Positions 1 through 9,735 of a stretch of DNA of 64,000 nt are shown here, one piece after another; within the stretch, counting starts at the first letter, position 1, and each line of letters begins with the position of its first letter. The notes beneath the pieces are model-generated. The model worked only from the letters and a program-made list of their open reading frames with translations, was not told where the DNA came from and made no database searches. The position numbers were made by a program, and so were the translations under genes. Where the stretch lies: positions 11,027-75,026 of the forward strand of contig JAFSRR010000082.1 of the NCBI GenBank assembly GCA_017446025.1, given 5' to 3'. The stretch comes from Bacteroidales bacterium. Lineage in GTDB: Bacteria > Bacteroidota > Bacteroidia > Bacteroidales > UBA1402.

Positions 1-1136
1 CCGATGTCAAAGCCGCCTTCGTCGCAGGGTTCCAGTCCCAGCAGCAGTTTGAGGAAGGTGCTCTTGCCACTGCCGTTTCGGCCGACGATGCCCAGTTTCT
101 CATAGCGGGCGAAATTGTAGTAGAAATGGTCCAGTATCACCTGGTCGCCGTAGGCTTTGGAGATATACTTCGCCTCGAAGATCTTGGAGCCGATGTAGGT
201 GGCTTTGACATCGAGCTGCAGCTGTTCTTCGCGGCGGTATTGCGACACTTCTTCCTTGAGTTCATAGAAAGCCTCCTTGCGAGCACGGGCCTTGGTTCCC
301 CGGGCCGAAGGCATCCGCCGCATCCAGTCCAGTTCGTAACGGAACAGGTTGTTGGCCCGGGCCAGATGGGCATTGGAGGCATCGATGCGTTCCTGTCGTT
401 TTTCCAGATAATAGCTGTAATTGCCGTTGTAATTGTAGAGCCGTCTGTCATCGATTTCCAAAATACGGGTGCAGACGCGGTCCAGGAAATAGCGGTCGTG
501 CGTCACCATGAGCAAAGTGATACCCGATTTGACCAGGTATTTTTCCAGCCACTCTGTCATGGGCAGGTCCAGGTGATTGGTCGGTTCGTCCAAGATGAGC
601 AGTTCCGGCTCGGAGATAAGGGCGTTGGCCAGGGCCACCCGCTTACGCTCGCCGCCCGATAAACAGCCCATGGGACGGGAAAAATCGGGAATACTGAGCC
701 GCGTCAGGATCTGTTTGACACGCACCTCGTAGTCCCAGGCCTGGTGAAAGTCCATCAGGTGCAGCAACTGCTCCATTTCGGCATCCATCACCTGCTCCCC
801 GTCCTGCCGGATTTTCTGTTCGTAGCGAGCGATGACGCGCACCGTCTCGCTGTCGGTCTGGAAACAGGCCTGCATCACGGTGGCTGCATCGTCCACCTGA
901 GGCTCCTGAGGCAGGTAGGACACTCTCAGGTCGCGACGGAAGGTCACCGCCCCGGCCTCATAATCTTTGTCGCCAGCCAGGATGTTGAGCAAGGTGGATT
1001 TGCCCCGTCCGTTCTGCGCGATCAGGGCAATGCGCTCGCCTTCGGCCACTCCGAAGCAAATATCTTCGAACAAAAGCAGATCTCCGTACGATTTGGTCAG
1101 ATGATCCACCTGCAGGTATGGGACACTTTGCGACAT
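1..1136 (-). CDS. ABC-F family ATP-binding protein (Uup-like), 3' end runs off the window
   Basis: Translated by hand (absent from the ORF track): starts MSQSVPYLQVDHLTKSYGD, first Walker A QNGRGKST, second Walker A GRNGSGKST near position 60-85, no TM segments. Confidence 0.88.
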   Translation of the reverse strand, partial: MSQSVPYLQVDHLTKSYGDLLLFEDICFGVAEGERIALIAQNGRGKSTLLNILAGDKDYEAGAVTFRRDLRVSYLPQEPQVDDAATVMQACFQTDSETVRVIARYEQKIRQDGEQVMDAEMEQLLHLMDFHQAWDYEVRVKQILTRLSIPDFSRPMGCLSGGERKRVALANALISEPELLILDEPTNHLDLPMTEWLEKYLVKSGITLLMVTHDRYFLDRVCTRILEIDDRRLYNYNGNYSYYLEKRQERIDASNAHLARANNLFRYELDWMRRMPSARGTKARARKEAFYELKEEVSQYRREEQLQLDVKATYIGSKIFEAKYISKAYGDQVILDHFYYNFARYEKLGIVGRNGSGKSTFLKLLLGLEPCDEGGFDI

Positions 1137-1139
1137 TGA

Positions 1140-3965
1140 TTAATCTGGAAACAGGGGCTGCAGGCACTGGGCCGTGAAACTTTCCGGGCAACGGGCCACT
1201 TCGCGCGGGGTGCCGCAACAGACCACCCGACCTCCCTTGCGACCGCCGTCAGGCCCCATGTCGATGATATGGTCGGCCAACTTGATGACATCGACGTTGT
1301 GTTCGATGATGATCACCGTATTGCCCTTGTCCACCAATCGGTTGATAACCATCATCAACACGCGGATATCATCGAAGTGCAGGCCGGTGGTGGGCTCATC
1401 CAGTACATAAAGCGTATTGCCGGTGTCTCTCTTGGCCAGTTCGGCTGCCAGTTTGATGCGCTGCGATTCGCCGCCCGAGAGCTGGGACGATGGCTGTCCC
1501 AGTTTGACATAACCCAGGCCGACTTCCTGTATGGTTTTGATTTTCTGAACAATCTGCGGCTGGTTCTCAAAGAAATCCACCGCAATGTTGATGGTCATGT
1601 CCAACACATCGGCAATGGATTTGCCTTTGAAACGCACTTCCAGCGTCTCGCGGTTGTAGCGCTTGCCCCGGCATTCGTCACAAGGCACGGTGACATCGGG
1701 CAGGAAGTTCATTTCGATGGTCTGATAGCCGTTGCCCTTGCATTTTTCACAACGGCCACCGGCCACGTTGAACGAGAAACGACCGGGCTTGTAGGCACGA
1801 ATCCTGGATTCCGGCAGGCTGACGAAAAGATTGCGTATATCGGAAAAAACACCGATGTAGGTGGCCGGATTGGAACGTGGACTGCGTCCGAGCGGTGACT
1901 GGTCGACCGAGACGATCTTGTCGATGTAACGGACACCTTCGATGCGGTCAAAAGGCAAAGGTTCTTCCAGGCTGTGGTAGAAATGCTGGCTCAGGGCGGT
2001 CTGTAGCGTACCGTTGATGAGCGAGGATTTGCCGCTGCCCGACACGCCGGTCACCACAATCAACTTGCCCAGGGGAAAGGAAACATCGATGTTCTTCAGA
2101 TTGTTGCCCCGGCATCCCGTCAAAGTGATGGCATGGCCGTTGCCCGGGCGCAGTGTCCGAGGCAGGGGGATTTCAATTTCACCGCGCAGGTAGCGGGCTG
2201 TCAACGTGTCGGCCTTCATCAACTCTTCCGGAGTGCCGGCAAACACCAGGTTGCCACCCAGCCGGCCGGCCCGGGGACCCAGATCGACGATATAGTCAGA
2301 GGCAAGCATCATGTCGCGGTCGTGCTCCACGACAATGACCGTGTTGCCCTTGTCGCGCAGGGCTTTCAGGGAATTGATCAAGCGCAGGTTGTCACGGTAG
2401 TGCAGGCCGATGCTCGGCTCGTCCAAGATATAGAGCACATTGATCAGCTGTGAACCAATCTGCGTGGCCAGCCGGATACGCTGGCTCTCACCGCCCGACA
2501 AAGTGGCCGAACCGCGGTTCAGGGAAAGATAGTCCAGCCCGACATCCAGCAAAAAGCCCAGACGTGTCTGGATTTCCTTGAGAATCTCGCCGGCAATGTG
2601 CTGTTGCTTGTCGCTGAGATGGGCCGGCAGGGCCTGGAACCAGTCGTGCAGTTCACGGATGTCCATCCCGGCCAGATCGGCGATGTTCTTGTCATGTATC
2701 CTGAAATAGAGAGATTCCTTCTTGAGCCTTTGTCCCTGGCACAGCGGGCAGGTTTTCACCGAAACATACTGGTTGGCCCATTTCTGTGCCGTGGCCGAGG
2801 CATCGCCTTCCTGCATCATTTCCACATACTTGAGCACGCCTTCGAAATGGACGGTGTAGTTGTCCAGGCCCAATGAAGGATTTTTGATGACCAGCGGCTC
2901 GTCGGTACCGTTCAGGATTTCGTCCAGTGTATCCTCGGACAGCTGCTTGACGGGTGTTTTCAAGGTGAAACCCTGCCGCTTGAGCAAGGCTTCCACCTGC
3001 CAGAAAAGCATGCTGTTCTTATATTTGCCCAAGGGGGCGATGGCGCCTTCGTAGATGCTCAGGCGCTGGTCGGGAATCACTTTGTCCAAATCGACCTGTC
3101 GTATCTGTCCCAGTCCCTTGCAACGCGGGCAGGCACCCTGGGGGGAATTGAAGGAAAAATGGTGCGGCGCCGGATCGGGATACGACAGCCCCGTGTCGGC
3201 GCACATCAACTGGCGGCTGTAATGGCGTATTTCACCGCTCTGCCGGTCCATCAGCATGATCAGGCCGTCGCCTGCCCGCATGGCCGTCTGGATGCTTTTA
3301 CGCAGGCGATGGCTTTCCTTCTCGCTGACCACCAGCTTGTCGATGACTATTTCGATGTCGTGGGTCTTGTAGCGGTCCAGGCGCATGGCTGGCTCTATCT
3401 CGCGCAACTGCCCATCGACACGGACGTTCAGATAGCCTTTCTTGCGCAGGGATTCGAACAGTTCCTGGTAATGGCCTTTGCGACCCCGCACACTGGGCGC
3501 CAGCAGATACACGCCCCGCCCCCGGTAGTCTTTCAGAATCAGTTCGAGTACCTGCTCCTCTGTGTATTTCACCATCTTTTTACCCGTCACATAGGAATAG
3601 GCTTCGCCAGCGCGGGCATACAGCAGGCGGATATAGTCGTAGACCTCGGTCTGGGTGCCGACCGTGGAACGCGGATTCTTGTTGGTGGTCTTCTGTTCGA
3701 TGGAAATGACCGGACTAAGACCGCTGATCTCATCCACATCGGGACGTTCCAGGTTGCCCAGGAAATTGCGGGCATAGGCCGAGAATGTCTCAATATATCG
3801 ACGCTGGCCTTCGGCATAGATGGTGTCGAATGCCAGGGACGACTTGCCGCTACCGCTCAGGCCGGTAATCACCGTCAGGCTGTAGCGGGGAATCTGCACA
3901 TCGATGTTCTTCAGATTGTGGACCCGGGCACCAAAAACAGAAATGCAATCAGCGTTTTTTTTCAT
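1140..3965 (-). CDS. uvrA: Excinuclease ABC subunit A
   Basis: GARVHNLKN start, two Walker A motifs (GLSGSGKSS, GVSGSGKSS), LSGGESQR signatures, CxxC zinc fingers, 941 aa. Confidence 0.98.
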   Translation of the reverse strand: MKKNADCISVFGARVHNLKNIDVQIPRYSLTVITGLSGSGKSSLAFDTIYAEGQRRYIETFSAYARNFLGNLERPDVDEISGLSPVISIEQKTTNKNPRSTVGTQTEVYDYIRLLYARAGEAYSYVTGKKMVKYTEEQVLELILKDYRGRGVYLLAPSVRGRKGHYQELFESLRKKGYLNVRVDGQLREIEPAMRLDRYKTHDIEIVIDKLVVSEKESHRLRKSIQTAMRAGDGLIMLMDRQSGEIRHYSRQLMCADTGLSYPDPAPHHFSFNSPQGACPRCKGLGQIRQVDLDKVIPDQRLSIYEGAIAPLGKYKNSMLFWQVEALLKRQGFTLKTPVKQLSEDTLDEILNGTDEPLVIKNPSLGLDNYTVHFEGVLKYVEMMQEGDASATAQKWANQYVSVKTCPLCQGQRLKKESLYFRIHDKNIADLAGMDIRELHDWFQALPAHLSDKQQHIAGEILKEIQTRLGFLLDVGLDYLSLNRGSATLSGGESQRIRLATQIGSQLINVLYILDEPSIGLHYRDNLRLINSLKALRDKGNTVIVVEHDRDMMLASDYIVDLGPRAGRLGGNLVFAGTPEELMKADTLTARYLRGEIEIPLPRTLRPGNGHAITLTGCRGNNLKNIDVSFPLGKLIVVTGVSGSGKSSLINGTLQTALSQHFYHSLEEPLPFDRIEGVRYIDKIVSVDQSPLGRSPRSNPATYIGVFSDIRNLFVSLPESRIRAYKPGRFSFNVAGGRCEKCKGNGYQTIEMNFLPDVTVPCDECRGKRYNRETLEVRFKGKSIADVLDMTINIAVDFFENQPQIVQKIKTIQEVGLGYVKLGQPSSQLSGGESQRIKLAAELAKRDTGNTLYVLDEPTTGLHFDDIRVLMMVINRLVDKGNTVIIIEHNVDVIKLADHIIDMGPDGGRKGGRVVCCGTPREVARCPESFTAQCLQPLFPD

Positions 3966-4893
3966 AGTCTGTCACCCAGGCAGGATTGTGGACATAGAGT
4001 TTGGCGGCATCGAAAAACAGGCTCTCCTTCACAGGAATGCGCACATGGTAAGTCCGGTGCTGCGTGTTGTCCAACTGGTTGTCGCGCAGCCAGAGATTGG
4101 CTTCCTTGAGTTGCAGGTAGGAAATGCCGTGCCGACGGGCAAAGACTGTCCAATCAGGCACACTGCCCTGCACACTCACCTCGCGGTAGGCCACCGGTTG
4201 GTACAAATCGGCCGACTTGAGCTGGAATCCATAGCTCTGGGGATGTTCCAGCACCATTTTCATGGTAATGAGCCGAAAGATATAGCGGCTGGTTTCCTCC
4301 GACAGCCAGAGGTCGAAGAAATCATCGGTCTGCTGTCGTTCCAGTTCGGCAGTAATCCGGCGTTTGCCGGCATTGTAGGCAGCCGCCGTCAGGAACCAGT
4401 CTCCGTAGAGTTCGTAGCACTCCTTCATGAATTCACAGGCCGCCTGGGTTTCCTTCTCGATATGATAGCGCTCGTCTATCTGATCGTTCACCACCAGACC
4501 GTTTTCACGGGCCGTGCCGGGCATGAACTGCCACAGACCGGCTGCACCGCTCGGCGACAAAGCCTTGGGATTGAGCGCACTCTCAATGCAACAGAGATAT
4601 TTCATATCATCGGGGATGCCATTCTTCTTCAGGATCGGCTCGATGACGGGGAAATAGCGGTTGGCCCGCTTGATGATCTGCAATGTCGAGGAATGCATGT
4701 AGTTCATGGCGAGCATTTCGCGGTCGAAACGCTCGCGCAGGTCCAACCTGACCAGATTGACTTTCTGCCCGCAGAAAACAGCCTGGGCAGGAATGGGAAT
4801 GGCATAGGAAGAAGCCGGGTTCATTTCGTTCTGCGATGCGAGCGGCACAACTGCCAACAGACAGCAGAGAAGGGTCATCGTACAGTGTTTCAT
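3949..4893 (-). CDS. Lytic transglycosylase (SLT domain, MltD-like)
   Basis: Signal peptide; motifs IES (catalytic Glu), GLWQFM, AAYNAG, ETSRY. Confidence 0.9.
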   Translation of the reverse strand: MKHCTMTLLCCLLAVVPLASQNEMNPASSYAIPIPAQAVFCGQKVNLVRLDLRERFDREMLAMNYMHSSTLQIIKRANRYFPVIEPILKKNGIPDDMKYLCCIESALNPKALSPSGAAGLWQFMPGTARENGLVVNDQIDERYHIEKETQAACEFMKECYELYGDWFLTAAAYNAGKRRITAELERQQTDDFFDLWLSEETSRYIFRLITMKMVLEHPQSYGFQLKSADLYQPVAYREVSVQGSVPDWTVFARRHGISYLQLKEANLWLRDNQLDNTQHRTYHVRIPVKESLFFDAAKLYVHNPAWVTDYEKKR

Positions 4894-4896
4894 CTT

Positions 4897-6183
4897 CTAC
4901 TCCAGCAAATTGATATCACCTTTTCTGACATATTCCACCCCGTCCGAACCGGTCGCCATGATGACATAGAAATACACACCGGGATTGACCGGCCGGCCGT
5001 GCCAGGTACCGTCCCAGCCCAGCGACGGATCGCTCCACTCGAACAGCACATTGCCCCAACGGTTCATGATACGTCCGTGAAACTTGACCAGCGAACGGTA
5101 GGCCACCTTGAACTCGTCGTTCTCGCCCGGCGTGGAGCGAGGGGTGAAGAAGTTGGGACAATCCAGGAAGGATTCCGTCACCGTGACGGTGAATGAGGCC
5201 GAGTCGGACGCAACGGCATTCGAGGCTTTCAATTTGACGACAAAGCTGCCGGCCTGGTTGAAGACATAGTTGATATCTGTCTCATTTCTATACAGATAGG
5301 TATCCGTGGAACCGGGCGTGGTGTAGATGTACCAAATGGTATGGGTCGTGGGAGGATTGACCTGACTCAGGAAATTCACTTCGAGGGGGGCCGGGCCGGT
5401 CAGTCCGTCGGTGCCGCCGCCCACTTCGTTGTCACCCTTTTCTTTCTCAACGACCAGGGCCTGGGCATGCGTCACCACTTTGACAGCCGTGTATGAGGCC
5501 GTGACAGAGGCGCTTGCCAGGCCGAAATACTCGGCAAACTGATCGCCCGTCAGTTCGAACTCGGTATTGTCGAGCGGGGCTTCGACATTGATGCTCGACA
5601 GATAGCCTTCACGCTCCAGGGTCACTTCCTTGGGACGGTAGCCGTTGGTGGCGGCGTCCCACTCCAGGTCGACATAGCGGAAGGAATGCTTGCGATTGAG
5701 GTAATAGGCCCGTCCGTCCAGTCCGCGATAGGCCAGGTCGTCGGCACAGCCGCTCACAATGATCTGGAGGCTCTCGGTGATGTCTTCGGCCTCGGTTACG
5801 GGCACCAGGGCGGCATATTGGCAGGGATGCAGCTGATAGTCGATGACGTAGACGGCATGACGCTCCGTGCCGTCCTCGACAAAGTAGCCGCAGTCGGCGC
5901 TCAGATTATTCAGGATGGAGGCCGTGGCTGTTTGGGTGATATCGGGTGCCGACAGTTCGACAGCATCGTCAAAGGCATGCGTGTAACGATACCAGCGGCA
6001 GGCAGCCGGATTGTCACTATTGTAGGAAAGGGAGGCTCCCGTCAGGCCGTTGAACACATAGACTTGTTCCAGACCCGAAGCCGCCACAGCCCCGGCCGAA
6101 TAAGGGCTTCCTCCCACCACCGTGATGGCGCGGGATGAGAGCAAAGAGAGACAAGCCAAAGCCAACAATAATATCTTTTTCAT
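4897..6183 (-). CDS. Secreted PKD-like protein with gliding-motility-associated (T9SS type B) C-terminal domain
   Basis: Signal peptide; GPAPLEVNF PKD-like segment; C-terminal CPNFFTP...NDEF...NRWG..LF...GWDG...GVYFYVI..KG. Confidence 0.88.
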   Translation of the reverse strand: MKKILLLALACLSLLSSRAITVVGGSPYSAGAVAASGLEQVYVFNGLTGASLSYNSDNPAACRWYRYTHAFDDAVELSAPDITQTATASILNNLSADCGYFVEDGTERHAVYVIDYQLHPCQYAALVPVTEAEDITESLQIIVSGCADDLAYRGLDGRAYYLNRKHSFRYVDLEWDAATNGYRPKEVTLEREGYLSSINVEAPLDNTEFELTGDQFAEYFGLASASVTASYTAVKVVTHAQALVVEKEKGDNEVGGGTDGLTGPAPLEVNFLSQVNPPTTHTIWYIYTTPGSTDTYLYRNETDINYVFNQAGSFVVKLKASNAVASDSASFTVTVTESFLDCPNFFTPRSTPGENDEFKVAYRSLVKFHGRIMNRWGNVLFEWSDPSLGWDGTWHGRPVNPGVYFYVIMATGSDGVEYVRKGDINLLE

Positions 6184-6288
6184 TGTATATCAAATATATA
6201 CATTCACATTCAGCAATGCTTCGCCGCCACTGCGAAGATAGCAAAATAAATTGAGCCGAGAGCAGCAATGCACATCTATAATTTATAT

Positions 6289-6296
6289 TATCTTTG
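6289..6296 (+). promoter_or_regulatory. Bacteroidota -7 promoter element (TATCTTTG) for the LysM gene
   Basis: Matches TAnnTTTG, about 20 bp before the ATG at 6317. Confidence 0.65.
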
Positions 6297-6316
6297 TGCA
6301 TCGAAATACTCATCCA

Positions 6317-8062
6317 ATGAAGAGAACACTTATCCTGACCATAGCCGGCCTGCTGGCCAGCCTGACCATCGCCCTGGCCCAGCAGCCGTCCATCCCTGTC
6401 ACCGTCATCAACGGCAAACAGTATTATCAATATCAGGTTCAGCCCAAGGAAACCATCTATGGCCTTTCCAAGCGTTTTGGCATCACCCAGGAAGAACTGA
6501 TCGGCATGAATCCTTTCCTGGCCGCCGGCATGCAGATCGGGCAGATCCTCACCATTCCCGTTGTCCCGGGTGTCATGCCGGCTCCGGCTGCACAGCCCCA
6601 AACCGCCACGGTGACGGCTGCCCAGAGCCCCCAGCCTGCAATTGCTGCTGTGGAGATCGACGAAGAGGAAGGCAATGAATACATGGCTGTCGGTACCCGC
6701 ACCTACCAGGTGACCCGCCGCAAGGAAAAGCTCAAGGATATTTCCACCTGGGAGAATGTCAGCATCGACGACATCAAACGCCTGAATCCCGGTGTGCCCA
6801 ACGTGCTCAAACGCGGATCGGAGCTGGTTTTGCCGGCCAGGGAAAAAGAGGCGGCTGCCACACCGCAACCCACTACTACCGCCACGACAGCCGTCCAGGC
6901 CGAAGAGACAGAGTATCCTGTACAGCCCGACATTCAGGAACCGGCCGGAGAGCCCGTCTTCCTGCCCGACGACCAGTATCTCCCACCCGTGCGTACCAGC
7001 AAGGACCATGTCAAGACAGCCCTGTTGCTGCCCCTGATGCTGGGTGACAGCACCAGCCAGCCCACCGAGCGCTACATCGAGTTCTACGAAGGCGTGCTGC
7101 TGGCCGTGGACACGTTGAAAAGCCTTGGCTTTTCGACCGACATGGCCGTCTATGATATCGGCACGAGCCTGTACCGGCTGCAGCAGACGCTCAAAACCCA
7201 CGACCTCTCCGCTGCCGACTATGTGATTGCCGCTGCCAATGCCGACCAGATGCCCTTCTTGTCTGAATGGGCCCGCGTCAACCAGGTCAAACTGATCCTC
7301 CCCTTCAGTTCCCGCATTCAGGAAACGGCCGGCAACCCCTATATCTATCAGGTCAATCCGCCGCAGCAGCTCACCCACAACCGCCTGCTGTCGGGCGATA
7401 CGGCATTCTTCCGTGGCAAGAACATCGTTTTTGTCAGGACCTATCAGGAAGACCAGGACGAACGCTACTCCCTGTTCCAGGGTCTGAAACGCTATCTGGC
7501 CGCCTATGGCATCCCCACCCAGGAAGTCTACGAATATGAGGAGATGACAGCCTTTGCCGATACGCTGAATGCCCATCTGAGCCGGGTACGCGACAATCTG
7601 ATCATCCCGGCACCGACCTCCATGTCGGGCAGCAACCGGCTCATTTCGACCATTGCTTCGGCCTGCAATGCCCGGCCCACCGGACAGGTCTGCATCCTGG
7701 GCTATCCCGAATGGATTGCCCTGAGCAAGAACAACCTGCCGCTGCTCTACAGCCTCAATGCCGTCATCTACGGCAACTTCTACGCCGACTTCGGCCGCGA
7801 CGACGTACGAGCCTTCCAGTTGCGCTATTCGCTCACTTTCGGCAAGGATATCCTCAACACCTATCCCCGTTATTCGATGATGGGCTATGACATCACTCTC
7901 CAACTGGCCAACCTGTTCTGCGGACAGCAATACAGCATCCGTCCCTTGCAGCACTGCCTGGATTTCGTCCAGCCCGATGCGACCGGCGGCTGGTACAACC
8001 GCAATGTCTATATCATCCGCCACACCGCAGACCGGCACATTGAATCCTCCTTGTTGAAATGA
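6317..8062 (+). CDS. LysM peptidoglycan-binding protein with C-terminal periplasmic-binding-like domain
   Basis: Start reassigned to MKRTLIL (signal peptide); LysM YQVQPKETIYGLSKRFGIT..L..MNP..GQILTIP, second degenerate LysM, ALLLPL..FYEG..LA segment. Confidence 0.8.
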   Translation: MKRTLILTIAGLLASLTIALAQQPSIPVTVINGKQYYQYQVQPKETIYGLSKRFGITQEELIGMNPFLAAGMQIGQILTIPVVPGVMPAPAAQPQTATVTAAQSPQPAIAAVEIDEEEGNEYMAVGTRTYQVTRRKEKLKDISTWENVSIDDIKRLNPGVPNVLKRGSELVLPAREKEAAATPQPTTTATTAVQAEETEYPVQPDIQEPAGEPVFLPDDQYLPPVRTSKDHVKTALLLPLMLGDSTSQPTERYIEFYEGVLLAVDTLKSLGFSTDMAVYDIGTSLYRLQQTLKTHDLSAADYVIAAANADQMPFLSEWARVNQVKLILPFSSRIQETAGNPYIYQVNPPQQLTHNRLLSGDTAFFRGKNIVFVRTYQEDQDERYSLFQGLKRYLAAYGIPTQEVYEYEEMTAFADTLNAHLSRVRDNLIIPAPTSMSGSNRLISTIASACNARPTGQVCILGYPEWIALSKNNLPLLYSLNAVIYGNFYADFGRDDVRAFQLRYSLTFGKDILNTYPRYSMMGYDITLQLANLFCGQQYSIRPLQHCLDFVQPDATGGWYNRNVYIIRHTADRHIESSLLK

Positions 8063-8721
8063 TGCGAAAATTCCTGCTGTCCATATCCTTGCTATTGATC
8101 TGTGCCGCCACTAGCTTGCAGGCTCAGTACAGTGTGATGAACCAGCCGGAACTCTATGTCGGCCTGGCCGCCGGTCCGACCTTCTCGACGGCCACCATGA
8201 TGCCGCTCTATGTCGACAAGACTTTCATCCAGGGGCTGGAAGGCGGCCTGGTGGTGAGATACATCTCCGAAAAGAACTTCGGGCTGGAAGCCGGCCTGAA
8301 CTACAGCCAGAGCGGCTGGAAAGATGACTACGGCTATCAGGCCACCGATGCCTACCAGCGTTCCATCAGCTATGTGGAACTACCCTTCCTGATGCATGCC
8401 TGGCTGCCCAGCGGCAGCAGCCGGTTTTTCCTGGATGCCGGACCGAAAGTGGGATGGTATCTCTCCGAGACAGAAAGCATCGACAACCATTCCGGTACCA
8501 CCTGGCCCTACTATGGCAAGACTGTGGAGACCTATCTCCAATGGGGCATCATGGGCAAAGTGGGTTTCGAAGTGCATTTCGGTCCCCTGGCACTGGGTCT
8601 GGAAGGAGGCTATTACTACGGCCTGTCCGACATCTTTTCCAACAAAGTGACCGATCCCTTCGTCTCGTCCAACTTGTCGCAGATCGTAGCCCGCGTATTT
8701 CTGCTCTATCGCCTGAAATAG
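8059..8721 (+). CDS. Outer-membrane beta-barrel protein (PorT/porin-like family)
   Basis: Signal peptide, amphipathic strands, YVELPFL and AGPKVGW motifs, aromatic residue near the C-terminus. Confidence 0.72.
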   Translation: MMRKFLLSISLLLICAATSLQAQYSVMNQPELYVGLAAGPTFSTATMMPLYVDKTFIQGLEGGLVVRYISEKNFGLEAGLNYSQSGWKDDYGYQATDAYQRSISYVELPFLMHAWLPSGSSRFFLDAGPKVGWYLSETESIDNHSGTTWPYYGKTVETYLQWGIMGKVGFEVHFGPLALGLEGGYYYGLSDIFSNKVTDPFVSSNLSQIVARVFLLYRLK

Positions 8722-8724
8722 CGC

Positions 8725-8760
8725 AAAAAAAAATCGGCCCGTGCTCTTGCACAGGCCGAT
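8725..8760 (-). terminator. Intrinsic terminator after rpoD (possibly bidirectional)
   Basis: Stem ATCGGCC-C-GTGC/GCAC-A-GGCCGAT preceded by an A9 run (U-tract on the minus strand), between convergent genes. Confidence 0.8.
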
Positions 8761-8781
8761 ACAAACTTGAAATCCGGCGTA

Positions 8782-9642
8782 TTATCCCAGATAGCTTTTC
8801 AAAAGTTTACTGCGTGAATTCTGGCGCAGACGGCGGATAGCCTTTTCCTTGATCTGTCTGACACGCTCACGGGTCAAACCGAACTTGTCGCCGATCTCTT
8901 CCAGGGTCATTTCCTGGCAACCCAGGCCGAAAAACATCTTGATGATGTCGCTTTCGCGTTCGGTCAGGGTGGAAAGAGCCCGGTCGATTTCCTTGCTCAG
9001 CGATTCGTTGATAAGCGTACGGTCGGCTATCGGAGCATCGTCGTTGACCAGCACATCGAGCAGGTTGTTGTCCTCGCCTTCCACGAAAGGAGCATCGACC
9101 GAGACATGGCGGCCCGACACTTTCAGCGTGTCGGCAATCTTATCGACCGGAATGTTCAGTTCTTCAGCCAGTTCCTCGGGCGAAGGCTTGCGTTCGTGCT
9201 CCTGCTCGAACTTGGAATAAGCTTTGGTGATCTTGTTCAGCGAGCCCACCTGGTTCAACGGAAGACGGACGATACGGGACTGCTCGGCCAGGGCTTGCAG
9301 GATAGACTGACGAATCCACCACACAGCGTAGGAGATGAATTTGAATCCTCGCGTCTCGTCGAACTTCTCGGCGGCCTTGATAAGGCCCAGGTTGCCCTCG
9401 TTGATAAGGTCGGGCAGACTCAATCCCTGATTCTGATACTGTTTGGCGACGGAGACCACGAAACGCAGATTGGCGCGGGTCAGTTTTTCCAAAGCGGCAC
9501 GATCCCCTTGACGGATGCGCTGAGCCAGTTCAACTTCTTCCTCTACCTTGATCAGTTCCTCACGGCCGATTTCCTGCAGGTATTTGTCCAAGGAAGCGCT
9601 TTCACGATTAGTGATAGACTTAGTGATTTTAAGCTGTCTCAT
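8782..9642 (-). CDS. rpoD: Primary RNA polymerase sigma factor, Bacteroidota type (no region 1.1)
   Basis: [15 protein letters not shown] start, [33 protein letters not shown]. Confidence 0.97.
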   Translation of the reverse strand: MRQLKITKSITNRESASLDKYLQEIGREELIKVEEEVELAQRIRQGDRAALEKLTRANLRFVVSVAKQYQNQGLSLPDLINEGNLGLIKAAEKFDETRGFKFISYAVWWIRQSILQALAEQSRIVRLPLNQVGSLNKITKAYSKFEQEHERKPSPEELAEELNIPVDKIADTLKVSGRHVSVDAPFVEGEDNNLLDVLVNDDAPIADRTLINESLSKEIDRALSTLTERESDIIKMFFGLGCQEMTLEEIGDKFGLTRERVRQIKEKAIRRLRQNSRSKLLKSYLG

Positions 9643-9664
9643 GCTTTACAGAAAATTTGGGGCA

Positions 9665-9672
9665 CAAAGGTA
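9665..9672 (-). promoter_or_regulatory. -7 promoter element (TACCTTTG) for rpoD
   Basis: TAnnTTTG match 22 bp upstream of the start. Confidence 0.7.
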
Positions 9673-9735
9673 GCAAAAAGTATTCTCTTTTCCACCCTCG
9701 CGCCCAAAATATTTTCAGAATTGAAAAACGATCGT

